A DNA stretch of 48,839 nt, the filler included, from Catajapyx aquilonaris (Eukaryota), in NCBI GenBank assembly GCA_000934665.2. It is 2 parts of 2 records of this genome, joined end to end, with 100 filler letters (N's around TTAATTAATTAA, not from the genome) between each part and the next. Parts side by side here need not be neighbours in the genome. Positions count along the whole stretch, not along the records: positions 1 to 24,379 come from KZ539367.1; 1 more part is not named here. One strand, given 5' to 3'. A program made the position numbers and the translations under genes. Shown here piece by piece: positions 1 through 13,853 of this stretch (positions within the stretch are counted from its first letter, which is position 1; the number at the start of each line of letters is the position of its first letter). The notes under the pieces were generated by a model that was given only the letters and a program-made list of their open reading frames with translations, made no database searches and was not told the DNA's origin.

Positions 1-508
1 AAAGGAACATTTGATGCGCCAATGGCAAGCAGCGCTGAATACGGCTCAAATTGGTACGGGAGGAGGCCGTGCGGACTTGGGCTGGGAAGCCCTGCTGATA
101 CGTCGCTCTCAGCAACAGCCGCCGTACCGTCAAGAAGGTGATTCGGACCTGCACGTGGACTGTCGGATTCCGCCATCTTTGAAAAATATACCACTCCAAA
201 GATCAGGGTAACCTCCATGAGTGCCGGCAACCATGTAGGGGACCCTGCCAAATTTCCGACTGTTTCTACCCATACCCGGAAGAGGTGCTGCTCTTTTGCG
301 CCAGATTCAAATTTCCGAACTTTGACTGCTCGTCCTGGCCTTACCGTTCGTCTCTCAGGAAAACTGCTTATACCCTCGGAATCAGGATTTTCTGCCCGAT
401 TTTTAGACTCCAACTTGTATTTTGAGTGGAGTGTCCCTTTAAAGTAAATTTGCAAACTACCTGTCAGTTTTTTAAAAAACTGGCAGGGTGCCATAATTAT
501 GGTGCTAG

Positions 509-1030
509 GAAAATTTGTTCATCTGGCAACACGTCACCAACCCATACTGTGATGTCTTCAAAGTGACAGTTGCCAGATGAAGTGGGTAAAAATAGGTTCA
601 TCTGGCAACAAGTTACGTCACCAATCCGGAGCCGATACTGCGACGTCATTGACAGTTGCCTGATGAAGTGGGTAAAAATAGGTTCCGGATTAGTGACGGG
701 TTGCCAGATGAATATATTTTTGCCCATTTCATCTGGCAACTGTCAGTGACGTCGGAGTATAGACTCCGGATTGGTGACGTAACTTGTTGCAAGATGAAAT
801 GGGTAAAAATATGTTCATCTGGCAACACGTCACCTATCCGGACTGTGACGTCATAAGGGTAACAGTTGCCAGATAGAGTGAATGAAAAAAATCATGTGGC
901 AACACGTTACGTCACCTATCCGCACTGACGTCATCAACAGTTGCCAGATGCAGTGGATGAAAATATGTTCATCTGGCAACACGTTACGTGACCAATCCGG
1001 ACCGCGATATCATCAACAGTTGCCAGATGG
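509..1030. repeat. Array of ~70-80-bp units, each bounded by inverted ATCTGGCAAC / GTTGCCAGAT
   Basis: About 6-7 units, with an orientation switch around 700-790. Confidence 0.8.
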
Positions 1031-1959
1031 AGGAATGGAAAATAAATGGCGACCAATCTGAATCCGGTTCGCTTTTAAATCGTAGACTCGTGTGAACGCG
1101 ACATTGTGTACACAGCTTCCAATCTGCAAATAGTTTATTGCAATTTTTTTTGCCGATTTCGCCTGAAGGTTACGGATGTAGAGGCGTGGAAAGGCGTATG
1201 GGGGGAATCGTGCAACGGAAGAAAAAAAATGTGTTGAGCGATATCAGTCTTACCTGAGCGCAAATCGCAGCGAGAATTGGTCGCTTGAGATCTGCAAAAG
1301 AAGCGGGCATTGATTTTCCGTCTCCCGCTACTTTTCAACTTTTTCTTTGGCTCCCCATTTTCTCTACAAGTAGCTCCAGAGATCCATCACGCTTTTGCCT
1401 CCCCCCGCCCAGCCTTCCCCCACTTTTTTTTTTTTTTTGCGAAAAACGAGGGAGGGGTGCGGATTGCTTTTAAAGTGAAAGGAGGCGGGGGAGGGAAGCA
1501 AGAACGACACGGGTTTGAAAAATGTTCTCTTATTGGAGCGTGAATTTCCGGGGAGAATGAGGGGAGAGGAGGAGGAGGAGGAGGGGAGAGGGAGTGACTA
1601 GATTTCAATGTGGGGGAGCTTGCTCAAAAGTGCTGCGTGATTCTCCGATAGCCGATTCCAAGGGAGGAGGGGAGAAAAAGGGGTGCGAAAATGGCGGTGT
1701 CACCAAAAAATTTTCCACCACTGTTTTTTTTCAGATTTTTTTTTTTTTTGATACCGATAGCCTGGGATCTGGGTCGATACTGCGATTTATTATACGTATA
1801 TTCGGTCGTCAACAGTGGGGAATAAGGATCTAGGTCGTTTTCGGTACACGTTGGCGGCCATGACAGTTAAGGGTGCCCACATGATAATTCCAGCTCATCA
1901 CTTTCAGTTAGTGATTTTAGCAGCATTTAACACTTTAACAGTATTTGTAGTATTCTTAT

Positions 1960-2790
1960 TTTAAAGGTATTATGAGAGTTTATTTTTATTTTTACTGTAG
2001 TATTACAGTATTTTTATTTTTATTTTTTACTGTATTATTACAGTATTTTTATTTTTATTTTTTACTGTATTATTACACTATTTTTGGTTTTATTTTTTGC
2101 AGGATTATTACAATATTTTACAGCATTTTTACAGTTTTTAACAGTTTCTTTAATCAACAACTTAAATTATTAAACAATAAAAAGAATAATTAGCAATTTC
2201 TAACAAAATGATATTAATAATTAGAATAAAGTTAAATAATGAGAATGAAATTAAATAAATAGAATGAAATTAAATTATTGAAAGTGATAAATAAACTAAA
2301 ATTAATTTTAAAAATCAGAAAATTGAAGGAAAAATGGTGGTATTCCACCCCCTATAAGGGCATATGGCCCTATCACGGGGTAACGTAAAAAAACTAAAAT
2401 TAATTAAAATAAAATAGAATGCTTAAAATGAAAATCAAATAAACTATTAAAATAAAAATTAATTTAAATAAATAGAATCCTTAAAATGAAAATTAAATAG
2501 AATCCTTAAAATGAAAATTAAATAGAATGCTTAAAATGAAAATTAAATAGAATGCTTAAAATGAAAATTAAATAAATGCTTAAAATGAAAATTAAATAAA
2601 TGCTTAAAATGAAAATTAAATAAATGATTAGAATAAAAATTAAATAAACGATTAAAATAAAATTAGTATAAAACGGAAGTGTTTGAACTTTACATTAATA
2701 TGAAACTGAAATAATTAAAAAAGAAACTTAATATAAAACTAAAAATGAAATGAAAATTAATCTGAAGCAATACAAAAAAGCTTAAGAGGA
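1960..2790. repeat. AT-rich low-complexity tandem repeats surrounding a retroposon-like 3' tail
   Basis: ~31-bp TATTACAGTATTTTTATTTTTATTTTTTACTG units, ~24-bp AAATAGAATGCTTAAAATGAAAATT units, and a tail hairpin at 2348-2382. Confidence 0.75.
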
Positions 2791-3886
2791 AATAAAGGCT
2801 TATTTATATATTGGCTAGGGTCTGCGACTGTTTGTCCGCGGTGAGTCATCAATAGTGTGCAGAGCGCCATCTGTGTGAGACATTATGGTAATACGTCCAC
2901 AGTAAGGGGGGCAGGCGTGTTCTCACAAATGGTGTTTTCTTGTACATAAAAATCGAAGTGCGCAATGCTGTTACGACTTTTTTGCGTGCGACAGCATCAC
3001 ACAGACACACAAACGTGCCGATCTGAACAAAAACTGTTGGGCAGGAGTGGTATTCGTACAGACAGAATATGCAATGCGTGTGACTGATAAGTGACATGTC
3101 ACCATCCTCAAAGTGAATCGCAAATAATATCCACCAGCCAGAGTCGCGACAATCAGCCCTCTGCGAGACTTCGACTTTTTCTCTCCTTTTTTTTTGCAAG
3201 CACATATATAGTATACGCTTTGGCTTCCATCTGTTAAAAACCCAGCCCTTTCCCAGCTGCTTTCTCTGCGGAGAAACGTGAGAAAGAACCAGCTTCGATA
3301 TATATCCCCAGAAGAAAATGGCCGATCCCCGAGTCTAATGAATGTTTGAAGCAGGGCCCCTTCCATAACTCACCTTGTCGATTTCCAACACTTTTTTTTT
3401 TTTTCATTCTTTTTCTAGATCTGAGCTGATTTTTTTTGCCTTATTTCCAACCCAGGCAACGGGGCCGTGCGTGACTCGGTACATATTATCAAGAGTCGCC
3501 TTTAGATTTATGCCTTATTTGCACAGCCCTGATATATGGCTGACTTTTCCTCCGAAAATTCCGGCTTCCTTAAATATTAGTATTTGATAGGCGGATTCCG
3601 ATTCTTGTAAGGGAAGTAATTGCTATTTGAGCCTGGAGGTAATTAGCATGGCTCGTCAGGTGTTGGTTTGGGTTTGTGATTTATATGCAGAAGCGCTCGA
3701 GTGACCGGCGGGGGATAAAGCGGATTAGGAAGCAGGGGGCTTCTTCAACGCCCATACGTCATCGGGGAGGTAAACAACTCATGCTTCATACTCGTACTGA
3801 CTAGTACTAATTGGTACTGTCTCCCGGATCAGGCATGAAGGAAGAGTCAACCACCAAGAACAGGGACGACATGTAGTGTGGAAAGT

Positions 3887-5137
3887 AGGTTCGGTCCGGA
3901 CCCGGTCTGGAACTGGTCCAGTTTCATCAGTCAAATTGTGAACCGGGTCAGGAACCGGTCTGATTTCATTGCCTGTCCAGAAAAAGTCCTAATGTCTGGG
4001 TCAAATTGTGAACTGGGTTCGGAACCGGTCTGATTTCATTGCCTGTCCAGAACTAGTCCTAATATCTATGGGTCAAAATTTCGAACTGGGTCCGTCTGGA
4101 TGTCTGGGTAAAATGTGAGCCTGATCTAGAACTGGTCCTGTTGCATGACGTGTCCGGAGCTGGTTCTGTTGTATATATATGGGTCATAATATTGTGAACC
4201 GGCTCCGGAACGGGTCTGGTTTCGTTGCCTGTCCAGAACTAGTCCTGATTTCTGGGTCAAATTTTGAACCGGGTCCAGTTTCATGAGTCAAATTGTGAAC
4301 CGGGTCCAGAACGGGTCTTGTTTTATGGCCGGTCAGGAACGAGTCCTGATTTCTGGGCCAAATGTGAACAGGATCTGAAATGAATCTTGTTTCGTGACGC
4401 GTCTATGGAACTGGTTCTCTTTTTATGTGCCAGAATATGCTATTGGTCCAGAACGGGTCCTCTTTCTTCAGTCAAAATATGTTTGCCTGGTCTGAAACGG
4501 GTCTTGTTTCGTGACGCGTCTGGAACTGGTTATGTTTCGTGTGGGTCACATACATGACGAACTGGGTCTAGGACGGGTATTGTTTCATCGGCAAAATAGT
4601 GAACCGGGTCCGGAACTAGTCTGGTTTCATCCGTCAAAATAATAGTGAGCCCGGAATTGGTCCACTTTCATGGTTCAAATGAGTTGGTCTGGAACTGGTT
4701 CTCGATCATGGGTCAAAAAATAGTGATCCAGTTCTGGAACTGGTCATGTTTCATCTAGGTCAAATAGTGAACTGGGTACGGAACGGGTCTTGTTTCATGG
4801 TTGGTGGTTATGATCATGGGTCAAAAAATAGTGATCTAGTTCTGGAACTGGTCGTGTTTCATAGGTCAAATAGTGAACCGGGTACGGAACGGGTCTTGTT
4901 TCATGGTTGGTGGTTATGATCATGGGTCAAAAATAGTGATCTAGTTCTGGAACTGGTCATGTTTCATAGGTCGAATAGTGAACCGGGTACGGAACGGGTC
5001 TTGTTTCATAGTCGGTCCAGAACTGGTTCTGGTCCAAATGTGAACCGGGTCTAGACCGGGTCCGCTTTCATGGAGGTTCGGAACTAGTTCTGCTGTTTTA
5101 TTGGTCAGATTGTGAGCCGGAGTAGGTTCTGTTTCAT
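3887..5137. repeat. Degenerate minisatellite (GAACCGGGTC / GGAACTGGT units) with a higher-order ~110-bp duplication
   Basis: Recurrent GTGAACCGGGT..GGAAC.GGTC..GTTTCAT; near-exact repeats in 4705-5010. Confidence 0.8.
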
Positions 5138-6249
5138 CTTAGCTGTGTATATAGGTGACCCCATGCAGAGTAATACCCCTGTAATTAAGCTTTCGCTGAT
5201 TGGTGGCGGATCGGGTATTGTGACAAGTACACAGGCTCGTGTAAGACAGGGCCTGTGATTTTCGTGTGCCTGGCAAAAAGTTGTCCGTCAAACCCCCCCC
5301 CCCCCCCCCCCCNCCCCCCCCCCCCCCCCTTTCCCAATGGTGGGGATGACAACCAGGTGAGTGACAGGCTGTGATTAAGGCCCAGGCACTAAAATTTTGC
5401 ACGCAGCCATTACCGGTAAGTTTCAATTAAAAAGGGAGAACTAATAGGAAATTAATAATGCAACGGGGTTGGTCTTTTCCTTATTGGGTCCCAAGACTCA
5501 AGTTAAAACAAGCGTTGCATGCACCATACCCGGGATACTAAAACCTGTCATTATAATCACCCCGTCCTGACCATTACAGGGTGAGTAACACATCGACTCC
5601 AACACACTTATTTGGGGATTCGGCTATACCAACACTGCCTGGGGGATTTAATATTACGATTGGTATGATTCTAATTTAACACCTGTTAATGACGCAGTAG
5701 ACACTGATTCAAAATAACAATTTTCAATAGCTGTTGTTTTGAGTAGCTGCTATATAAGCTGCTATTATAGAATGCTTTAGCTAAGGTGCTACTTCAGGAA
5801 GACTTTAGTTACTAGCAAATAGCTTCCACCAGAGGGGCTACTACAAGACTAACGGCTATTTGCGATAAATAGCTGTTACGGCTATTTGTGGCTATTGGCC
5901 TCTCCAGTAGCTGTTTGAACTGAAATGCTAAGCTGCTATTTCAAACTTCTATGCTCTGTAGCCGTGATAGCTAATATGATCTTTCTGTAAGAAATTAGCT
6001 ACACACAAATAGCTTCCACCAGAGGAGCAATTATTACAATGTATACTATAACTGCTATATAAGAATTGTGCTAAATATCGGTTACTGCTATAGGGTGCTC
6101 AGGTAGCTGTTAGAACTAATGTGCTAAGCTGCTATGTCAAACTGCTGTCTAAAGTAGCCGTGAGAGTTAATACGCTATTTCTATAAGAAATGAGCTATCT
6201 GCAAATACTCGTAGCTTTCACAAGAAAGTCAAAATATCACAATAGTGTA

Positions 6250-6509
6250 ATAATGGATACCCCGTGATAGGCCCCTTGGGCCTCTTAGGGGATCATCTTT
6301 TAATAGACCGACTTTAATCATTTGCCTGTAATGTGATGGATTTTGATAGTGGGAGGAAACGGGAGAACCCCGAGAAAACCCACGCGAACACGGAGAGAAC
6401 CCATCGAAACTTTATCCACATAAGTATCCTCCGTCCTACCCGGGGATCGAACTCGGGACCTTAGAGGTGGAAGGCTGCGGCGCTAACCACTCGGCCACCG
6501 TGTCGCCCC
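6250..6509 (-). mobile_element. tRNA-derived SINE with V-domain-like core (copy 1)
   Basis: A box GGTGGCCGAGTGG and B box GAGTTCGATCC on the minus strand; 17-bp TSD AATATCACAATAGTGTA (6233-6249, 6510-6526); related copies at 25695 and 27314. Confidence 0.88.
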
Positions 6510-8254
6510 AATATCACAATAGTGTAGCTGCTATTTGAAGCAATTTTCCCCGGAACAGCGATTACTGCTACTCGTGGTGACTGGCCTCTCAAGTATAGCG
6601 ATGGCTTCACTTGTGTCTAATCTGTAGAGTGTCGACCTAAGACATCGCTTTAATCCTGACCATGCAAAAAAAAAAAAAAACGCAGAAAGAGAGAGAGAGA
6701 GAAAAATAGCTATAAAAAGTGAGGCGAACGTTAATGATGGGCATCCTTTAGAAGAGGGCCATGCGCCTCCTTCATTCGGCGGCCATCTTTCCCTCCCATT
6801 TAACCTAATGAAAGGCCTGCTGGATGGTGCAATATGAGAAATTGCTACACGGGCAGAAAACGGTTCGGAATTTTCGGACCAAAGGCGGAAAATGAAAGAG
6901 GTGGAAAATAGCTGAAAAGAGAAAAGAACTGCTATGCACAGGGTGTTTCATAACGACTCATACACTTGTCAAATGCCTGAGATAGGAATGAACGCTTCTA
7001 ATATCATCGAGGCAACATTTTGATAGACCATTAAACGTAACTACTAATTTTGATAACAATCGAAACTGTTTATTTTGTTAACCATGAAAGTAACCGCTTA
7101 TTTTGATCACTGTTAAAAGTAACTGTAACTAACCATTTGATGCAAAAAATACATTAAGGGGACACCTGGACGCAGTGACTATTTTCCGTTATTTTAGCAG
7201 TTAAACTGCAATGGTATTAAAAGCGTTATTTTTGGTAGCTGCTACTTTTGTTTGCTTTTATCCCAGCGACTGTTCGTTATTTTAGCATTTCCTGTAACTG
7301 CGATTGATATGCGACTGTTACCTGCTATTTTTCGCCGCGACTTTTATCCGCAATGTAAAGATGGGACAATAACGGACCTTAAACTTTTCAACATGTTTCG
7401 TACCCATTTGATGTCAATAATTAGTACACTAACAAGGATTGAATGGCAAGCAGTTTTGTGTGGCTCTGAAACATCTGGTAGAGTGAGCGGACCGAGCGAA
7501 GATGCAACAAGGTAGAAGAGATTCCATTTGGCCGAGCGGGCTCTTATAGGAGGAGGCATGTCCTCGAATTGTTCTGGCAGAAGAACCCTTGTTTAGAGTA
7601 AGGGTGGCCAGCAGTGACTCTATTCCTGTACAGGCACGCTGCTATTTTCCTAAGCCCACAAGTGCGGGCTGAAGGAGATTGATCGAGCCTCGGAGAGATT
7701 GTTCGGGACGCGATCTAGACGCGCCTTCCGTCCTGCAGAGGAGGGCGTCGACTTGGCGTAGGCTGCTTGGCACTATTGGCGCATACAATACTGGAATGCT
7801 GTTATCAGCTATCATACCCGCGATTTGTCGCTGTGACTGTTATCCGTTATTTTCTCAGCTCCTGCGACGGTGATTGTAAAACGTTATTTTGGTAGCGGTT
7901 ACTATGATGCGCTCTCTGCCAGTTGTTGTCGCCGCGCGACGGTTATTCGCTATTTCAGCAGCTCCTGCAACAGCTATTGTGAATCCGTATTTTGTAGCTG
8001 CCATGTTACCCGCTATTACACCAGTTATTTGTCGCTGCGACTGTTATTTGCGATGTCACGGTGACCGTTATTCGTTATTTCCTCAGTTCCTGCAACTGCT
8101 ATTGCAAAGCGTTGTTATGGTAACTGATATGTTATCCGCTATTATAGGAACTATTTGTCACCTTGACCGTTACTCTTTATTTTAGAAGTTCTAGTCTGCC
8201 ACTGCAAAGCGTTTTTGGTCTTTGATGTTGTTATTCGCTAGTATACCAGTTATA

Positions 8255-8508
8255 CAGGGTGGACCAACTTCAAGTGTCGTTTTATAACGGCTATTAATAG
8301 AAGCGCTTTACGATTGACGTAGCATCGACGTGTAAAATGGCCCACTTCGGCGCCATCGAAAATATTAGCTGCAAATTGGCTGCCCTATTGGCAGCTAATA
8401 TTTTCGATGGCGCCGAAGTGGGCCATTTTACACGTCGATGCTACGTCAATCGTAAAGCGCTTCTATTAATAGCCGTTATAAAACGACACTTGAAGTTGGT
8501 CCACCCTG
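8255..8508. mobile_element. Tc1/mariner-type palindromic MITE
   Basis: TA-CAGGGTG...CACCCTG-TA with ~118-bp perfect arms, inserted into a repeat array. Confidence 0.88.
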
Positions 8509-10017
8509 TATGTCGCCGCGACTGCTAACCGCTATTTTAGAAGTTCCTGTAACTGCGATTGTAAAACGGCATTTTGGTACCTGCTACTGCTATCCTCTAT
8601 CACACTAGCGATTTGTCGCTGTGGCTGTTACGCACTATTTGATCAGTTTCTGTAACAGCGATTGTAAAGTGTTATTTTGGTAGCGGTTGTTGTTATCCGC
8701 TATTATACCAATGACCGTATTTGGCACTACAACTGCTATCTGCGATTTGTCGCCGTGACTCACTCGTAATTTTAGAAGTTTCTGTAACTGCGACTACAAA
8801 GCGCCTGAGGGTCCTCCGCTTGGTGGCATGAATAGCGTAATTTCAGTAGCGGCTATTGTTATCCGCTATCATCTTGTTGATTTGGCGCAGTGACTCTTTT
8901 CCGTTATTTTATCAGTTAAACTGCAATTGTAAAGCGTTATTTTGGTGGCTGCTACTTTGGTTTGCTTTTATTCCAGCTACTGTTCGTTATTTTAGCCGTT
9001 CCTGTAACTACGATTGATATGCGCTATTTTGGTCCCTGCGACTGTTACCTGCTATTTTTCGCCGCGACTCTTATCCGCTATTTTGCCAGATACTTCTCCG
9101 CCACTGATGAAGGACGCAATTTGGCCAAACTAATACACTTTCTTGGAGTTAAGAAGTCCGGAGCTGCAGCCACCTCGTTAGTTATATTGCGCAGTGTTGG
9201 AATTAAAGTGGCTCGGACTCTTTGGCCTCAAGGGAGATTCACGCGGGCTGAATGGCGACAGCGGTTTCTCCCAAGCCTGTCATTGGTGACCTCTCACTAA
9301 AGCAGTGAGGAGAGTGTGATTAGAAGGCCCAGGGAGTTTGGTGTGAGATAGACGGAGGGTGTATCAAGGGTTGGTGGTGGTGAGTCGCCGGGCGAAGATG
9401 AAACGTGCGAGAGCGTCGATGAAGGGATGTGACGCGGATTGGGTCCAGCTGCAGAGTTTGAGGAGGATTAAGGGCAGCGGCTGGGGCTTGTCCGGGATTA
9501 GGCCCCAGTCTCTGTACCTGGACCTAATGAAGTGAGGAGCAAATAGGTGAAGGAAGGCCTTCCCGTAATTGAATTTCGGTTAATGCCCGTTGAGGCCCTT
9601 GCTTCCAACCCTGCCCGATAATGGCCGAACATCAAGCCTTCTTCCGATATAGCGAAATGTGGCCTGATCCAGCCTCGATATAACGGAAAAAAAACGATAC
9701 CAACGGACGTTGATTGATGGCAGAGTTTCTAGTGTCGATACCCGGATCGTGGAATTATTATTGGGCCTGTAATGTCGCAATTATACAGTCTGGTCCAATA
9801 TACCGTGTGTTCCATAATTTAGCTTCGTTTCGGTAGTACTCCCACATTTTTCATTATCACCGTGAAATGAGACGCGACTAAACTTAACGTACTCAGGGAT
9901 ACTAACTGTCCGTGACATTCCTATTGATAAGGTTGTGAGCTTGATTATGAACCATAAGGTGTCATGTCGTTCGAAGATCAAATGCCCATAGTGAGTGAAT
10001 CATTTGGGCATAAGACA

Positions 10018-10918
10018 ACGTCTCGACCGCGTCTCGAACGAACCGTATCTCGATAGCGTCCGGAGCACATCTCGATTACGTTTAGATCACGTCTCGACTA
10101 CGATATGAACGCGTCTTAAACGTATCTGGAACCCGCTTGGAGCACGTCTCGATTGCGTTTCGACCACGTTTCGACCACGTCTTAAACGGGTCTGGACCGC
10201 GTCTCGTCCATGCCTACGCCCACGTATCTCGACCGCGTCTGGAACACGTCTCGACCACGACATGAACTCGTCTAAAACGCGTCTGAAGCACGTCTCGATT
10301 ACGTTTAGACCACATCTCGACAACGATATGAACGCGTCATAAACGTGTCTGGACCGCGTCTCGATCGCGTTTCGACCACGTCTCGATGACGATTGCGACT
10401 GGAACTCGTTTTAAACGTGTCTGGACCTCGCATGGAGCAAGTCTCGACCCTCTCGACCACGTTCCGGCCATGACACGAGCTCGTCCGAAGTGCGTCTGGA
10501 CCAGTGGCGTAACGGCAGGGGGGGGGGGGNNNNNNNNNNNNNNNNNNNNNNNNNNNNNNNNNNNNNNNNNNNNNNNNNNNNNNNNNNNNNNNNNNNNNNN
10601 NNNNNNNNNNNNNNNNNNNNNNNNNNNNNNNNNNNNNNNNNNNNNNNNNNNNNNNNNNNNNNNNNNNNNNNNNNNNNNNNNNNNNNNNNNNNNNNNNNNN
10701 NNNNNNNNNNNNNNNNNNNNNNNNNNNNNNNNNNNNNNNNNNNNNNNNNNNNNNNNNNNNNNNNNNNNNNNNNNNNNNNNNNNNNNNNNNNNNNNNNNNN
10801 NNNNNNNNNNNNNNNNNNNNNNNNNNNNNNNNNNNNNNNNNNNNNNNNNNNNNNNNNNCCCCCCTAGCTCAAAACCGTGGTTACGCCACTGGTCTGGACC
10901 GCGTCTCGAACGCGTCTG
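10018..10918. repeat. Degenerate ~11-bp repeat array (CGTCTCGAC / CGTCTGGA) interrupted by the hAT MITE
   Basis: Dozens of GTCTCGA/GTCTGGA motifs at regular spacing. Confidence 0.8.
10502..10891. mobile_element. hAT-type MITE spanning an assembly gap
   Basis: TIRs CAGTGGCGTAAC / GTTACGCCACTG; 8-bp TSD GTCTGGAC (10494-10501, 10892-10899). Confidence 0.85.
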
Positions 10919-12028
10919 TAAGAACACCTATAATAATTTACTTAACTAGTTGTCTCATCCGATCAACTTACACCTGACTCGTGCACAATTTAGGTTTGGT
11001 CTTGCGGATTCTGTTGGCAACCCTGCTCGCCTTCATGACTTTCTCTATTGCCCTGTACTCTCCCCGCACTTTCCAACCGCGATTGCGCTTGTGTAACTCC
11101 GGTTACAATTTAATGAAGGTGACCGCATCGATTCAGGCCCCGACTTAATTTCGGGCCATGTAAAACCCCCTCCACCTGAACACACTGGGCTACAACTTGC
11201 TCCTCCATTGTTGCCAACCTCCCCCCTGTGAAAAGCCGACCTCTCCCACCCCCGCTACAACCACCAGCCGCGGCGCCTCTTTTGTCTTGTTCTTTTCCAG
11301 GGGTCCTAATTAGGGTCCAGGTCCTGGNGGGGGGGGGTGGTTGGCTTCCCCCCTTCCCACGTTATGTGGTCTCTTTCAGAGCAATTTTCAGGGCCTGCCC
11401 AAAGTTGGCCCATTTTGTTGCATACCGCTCCAGGTATGAAGACCCCGATTGTGTCAGGGAAGCCAACAAAAGGCAGGGGCCACGTTTAAGCTTTCTATAC
11501 CTCATCCGATGTAGCCTAATGCTTGACATGCCCCCAAGGGGTACCAACCTTCAACTTCCACGCGATTGTGCCGTAAAATGCTTTGTGGCTAAATTTTCTC
11601 AATAAAGGAGCATAATTTATTGTAGGTTGGCAACACTGGAGTGGCTATAACAAAAGGTCCAATCAACGTGGACCAGGCCTGTTGGCAACATTGCTTGGTA
11701 GTCACGGCCTGCATCAGCCCCACTGCAACTCCTACGATACTTACAGCATACTCTTCGCCAGCCCAGAATTTGGCGCTGGCGTCGCTGACTGGGGACAGCA
11801 GGTTGCCAGGCGCACTCGGGCAGTTGGCTGGCGAATCTGCAGAAGGGGTCCGCCCGAGTGCGCCTGGCAACCCGCTGGCCCCAGTGATCGAGCGACGTCA
11901 ACGCCAGCGGAGACTTTCTAAGTACTCTACAGTCACCATAAGGTTAGGATGGGAATTGCGGGGAGGGGGGGGGGGGGGGGGCCTGCATCAAGCCTATTGG
12001 TAACCCTGCTTGGGAAAGTGATATTATN

Positions 12029-12300
12029 TGGCTTAACCTGATCAGGTGACCAGGTCTGTTGGCACCATTGCTGGGTAGGCGTGGCCTGCATCATCACATG
12101 AGCAGGCCTGTTGGTTACCCTGCTGGGTGGGCGTGGCTTAACCTGATCAGGTGACCAGGTCTGTTGGCACCATTGCTGGGTAGGCGTGGCCTGCATCATC
12201 ACATGAGCAGGCCTGTTGGTTTCCCTGCTTGGTAGGCGTGGCTTATCATTGATCATGTGACCATGTCTGTTGGCAACACTGATTGATAGGCGTGGCCTAA
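12029..12300. repeat. 105-bp tandem repeat (about 2.5 copies)
   Basis: TGGCTTAACCTGATCAGGTGACCAGGTCTGTTGGCACC at 12029 and 12134, with a diverged third copy. Confidence 0.85.
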
Positions 12301-13159
12301 TAGTCTCGAATCTTGAGGAGTCCTGCCTTCAGTGCTAGAGTTATCGTGATTTGAGCTTCTTGCGAGGACGCCTGTTGCTGGCAACTCTGATTGAATATTG
12401 CTGGGGTCCCGTGGCTCCCTAGCAAGATTGCCAGGGGGCGTTGAAACCGGGTGTCCCTGAGGTGCGCCCCCGCCCCGGTCGCCCCCCCTAATTGAATCGC
12501 GTAGATGGCGCTGGTGGTAATGTTGGGAGGGGTGCGAATGTGTATGGGGGTGAAGTGAATGGCATCAGACCGGCCCTTAAACCCGGCAGATATGGGCTGT
12601 TAAGGGAGCCAGATTCGCACCCACCTGCACCGCATTATCACCCCAAGTGCCATCCACCCCTACTGCTCACACTCAACTCGCACGTCGCACCTGCTGATTG
12701 GCACTTGTCAGGGTCACCTGTAAACTCCAGAGTCATTCAAAAAATGGGCGTAAATGGGTATGAAGTTATTCTTATCAGAAATAGGAAGAGAAAGATGTAT
12801 TCTCTGCTTCCATGGTGTCCTTATAGCCTGGATTAACAACCGGAGTGAATGACTGGCATAGGGATGTCCGCCATCAGACCTTGCTCCCGGATCTTATTTG
12901 TACCGGATTTGTATTATCCGTGTTGAATGTACTTTTCTCCAGCCAACCAGGGGATGCTCCTTCCTCCTTCCTTCTCCATTCGGCCTAATGTTGCCTTTAC
13001 ACGACCCCAGGTCTTATTTGGGGAGAGAGTTCCTTTCCCCCCCATCGCCATTTTCTCTTAACAAACACGGCGCCTTTCAAGGGGAAGTATGCAGACCAAG
13101 GAGAGCGCAAGAGCATTTCAGTTCGTTATTTTAACTTATTTTTGGCCACGAGTAGCCTA

Positions 13160-13350
13160 CAGTTTAAGCACTAGAAAATATCCTAAAATTTGGCTATGCA
13201 GACTAAAAACGTGCAGCTTTTGGACTTTTCCATTAATCAGTGGCACGTAAGCCACTGTGTGCCAAGTTTCAGCACTCTCAAGGATCTGGAACGGGGTTAG
13301 GTAGCCCGGACATACAAACAGACAAACTTTCTGCTCCATTATGTAATATT
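13160..13350 (-). mobile_element. Helitron/Lep1-like non-autonomous fragment
   Basis: GCCAAGTTTCAG...CGGACATACAAACAGACAAACTTT...TAATAT arrangement, resembling arthropod Helitron ends. Confidence 0.4.
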
Positions 13351-13523
13351 GCCATGATTGTTTGACATAGTGGTCGTCGTTTTCATTTTAACATTATTTT
13401 GACATTTAATTCGGGTTTATTCTTACAGTAATTATGGGTGGATTTTGCAACATAGCAGTATTTTTTGGGGGCTTCAGTTGTTTAGGCCAGTCCGTCAATT
13501 CCCTTGAAAATTTATTACTTATA

Positions 13524-13853
13524 CAGGGTGTTTCAACTTTTTTGTCCGGACGGTTATCGGAAAATTGCACGTAGCTGCTACTTTGTAAGCAGTGACTTGC
13601 AACCGGTGATTTGTCGGAGGAATGGGGAATGGGGGAAAAAGAGAGTCACACATCCCAGGGCATCTGTGACCCTCTTTTTTCCAGGCTTGACCCTCAATTT
13701 TCAGCGGGCAGCACGTATGCCACTTCAACCTACGATTCGCAGGGAATATTCCCCGTTACTCCGAAAAATCACCGCTTGCAAGTCACTGCTTACAAAGTAG
13801 CAGCGACGTGCAATTTTTCGATAACTTTTCGGACAAAAAAGTTGAAACACCCT
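13524..13853. mobile_element. Tc1/mariner-type MITE, family B copy 1
   Basis: CAGGGTGTTTCAACTTTTTTGTCC TIRs of about 80 bp; near-identical to 14947-15283. Confidence 0.85.

Larger units (their letters stand above)
5702..9085. repeat. Degenerate TAGC/GCTA/CTGCTA-rich repeat arrays hosting later insertions
   Basis: Recurrent AATAGCT, CTGCTA, CGCTATT motifs; similar arrays at about 15355-15500, 16297-18045 and 21275-21870; 7180-7345 is duplicated at 8885-9080. Confidence 0.6.

Noticed and set aside
509..1030. CRISPR-like appearance of the repeat array
   Set aside because: The interiors are homologous to each other rather than unique spacers, orientation flips, there are no cas genes, and the context is eukaryotic.
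9104..9132. Penelope-type hammerhead ribozyme (CTGATGAAGGACGC...GGCCAAAC)
   Set aside because: Lacks the GAAA core and convincing stems II and III.
9085..10015. Possible decayed coding sequence (also 7365-7770 and 12660-13135)
   Set aside because: No recognisable motif in any frame examined; cannot be assigned without a database search.
10337..10949. Long ORFs in the ORF track
   Set aside because: Artefacts of the N gap and the repeat array.
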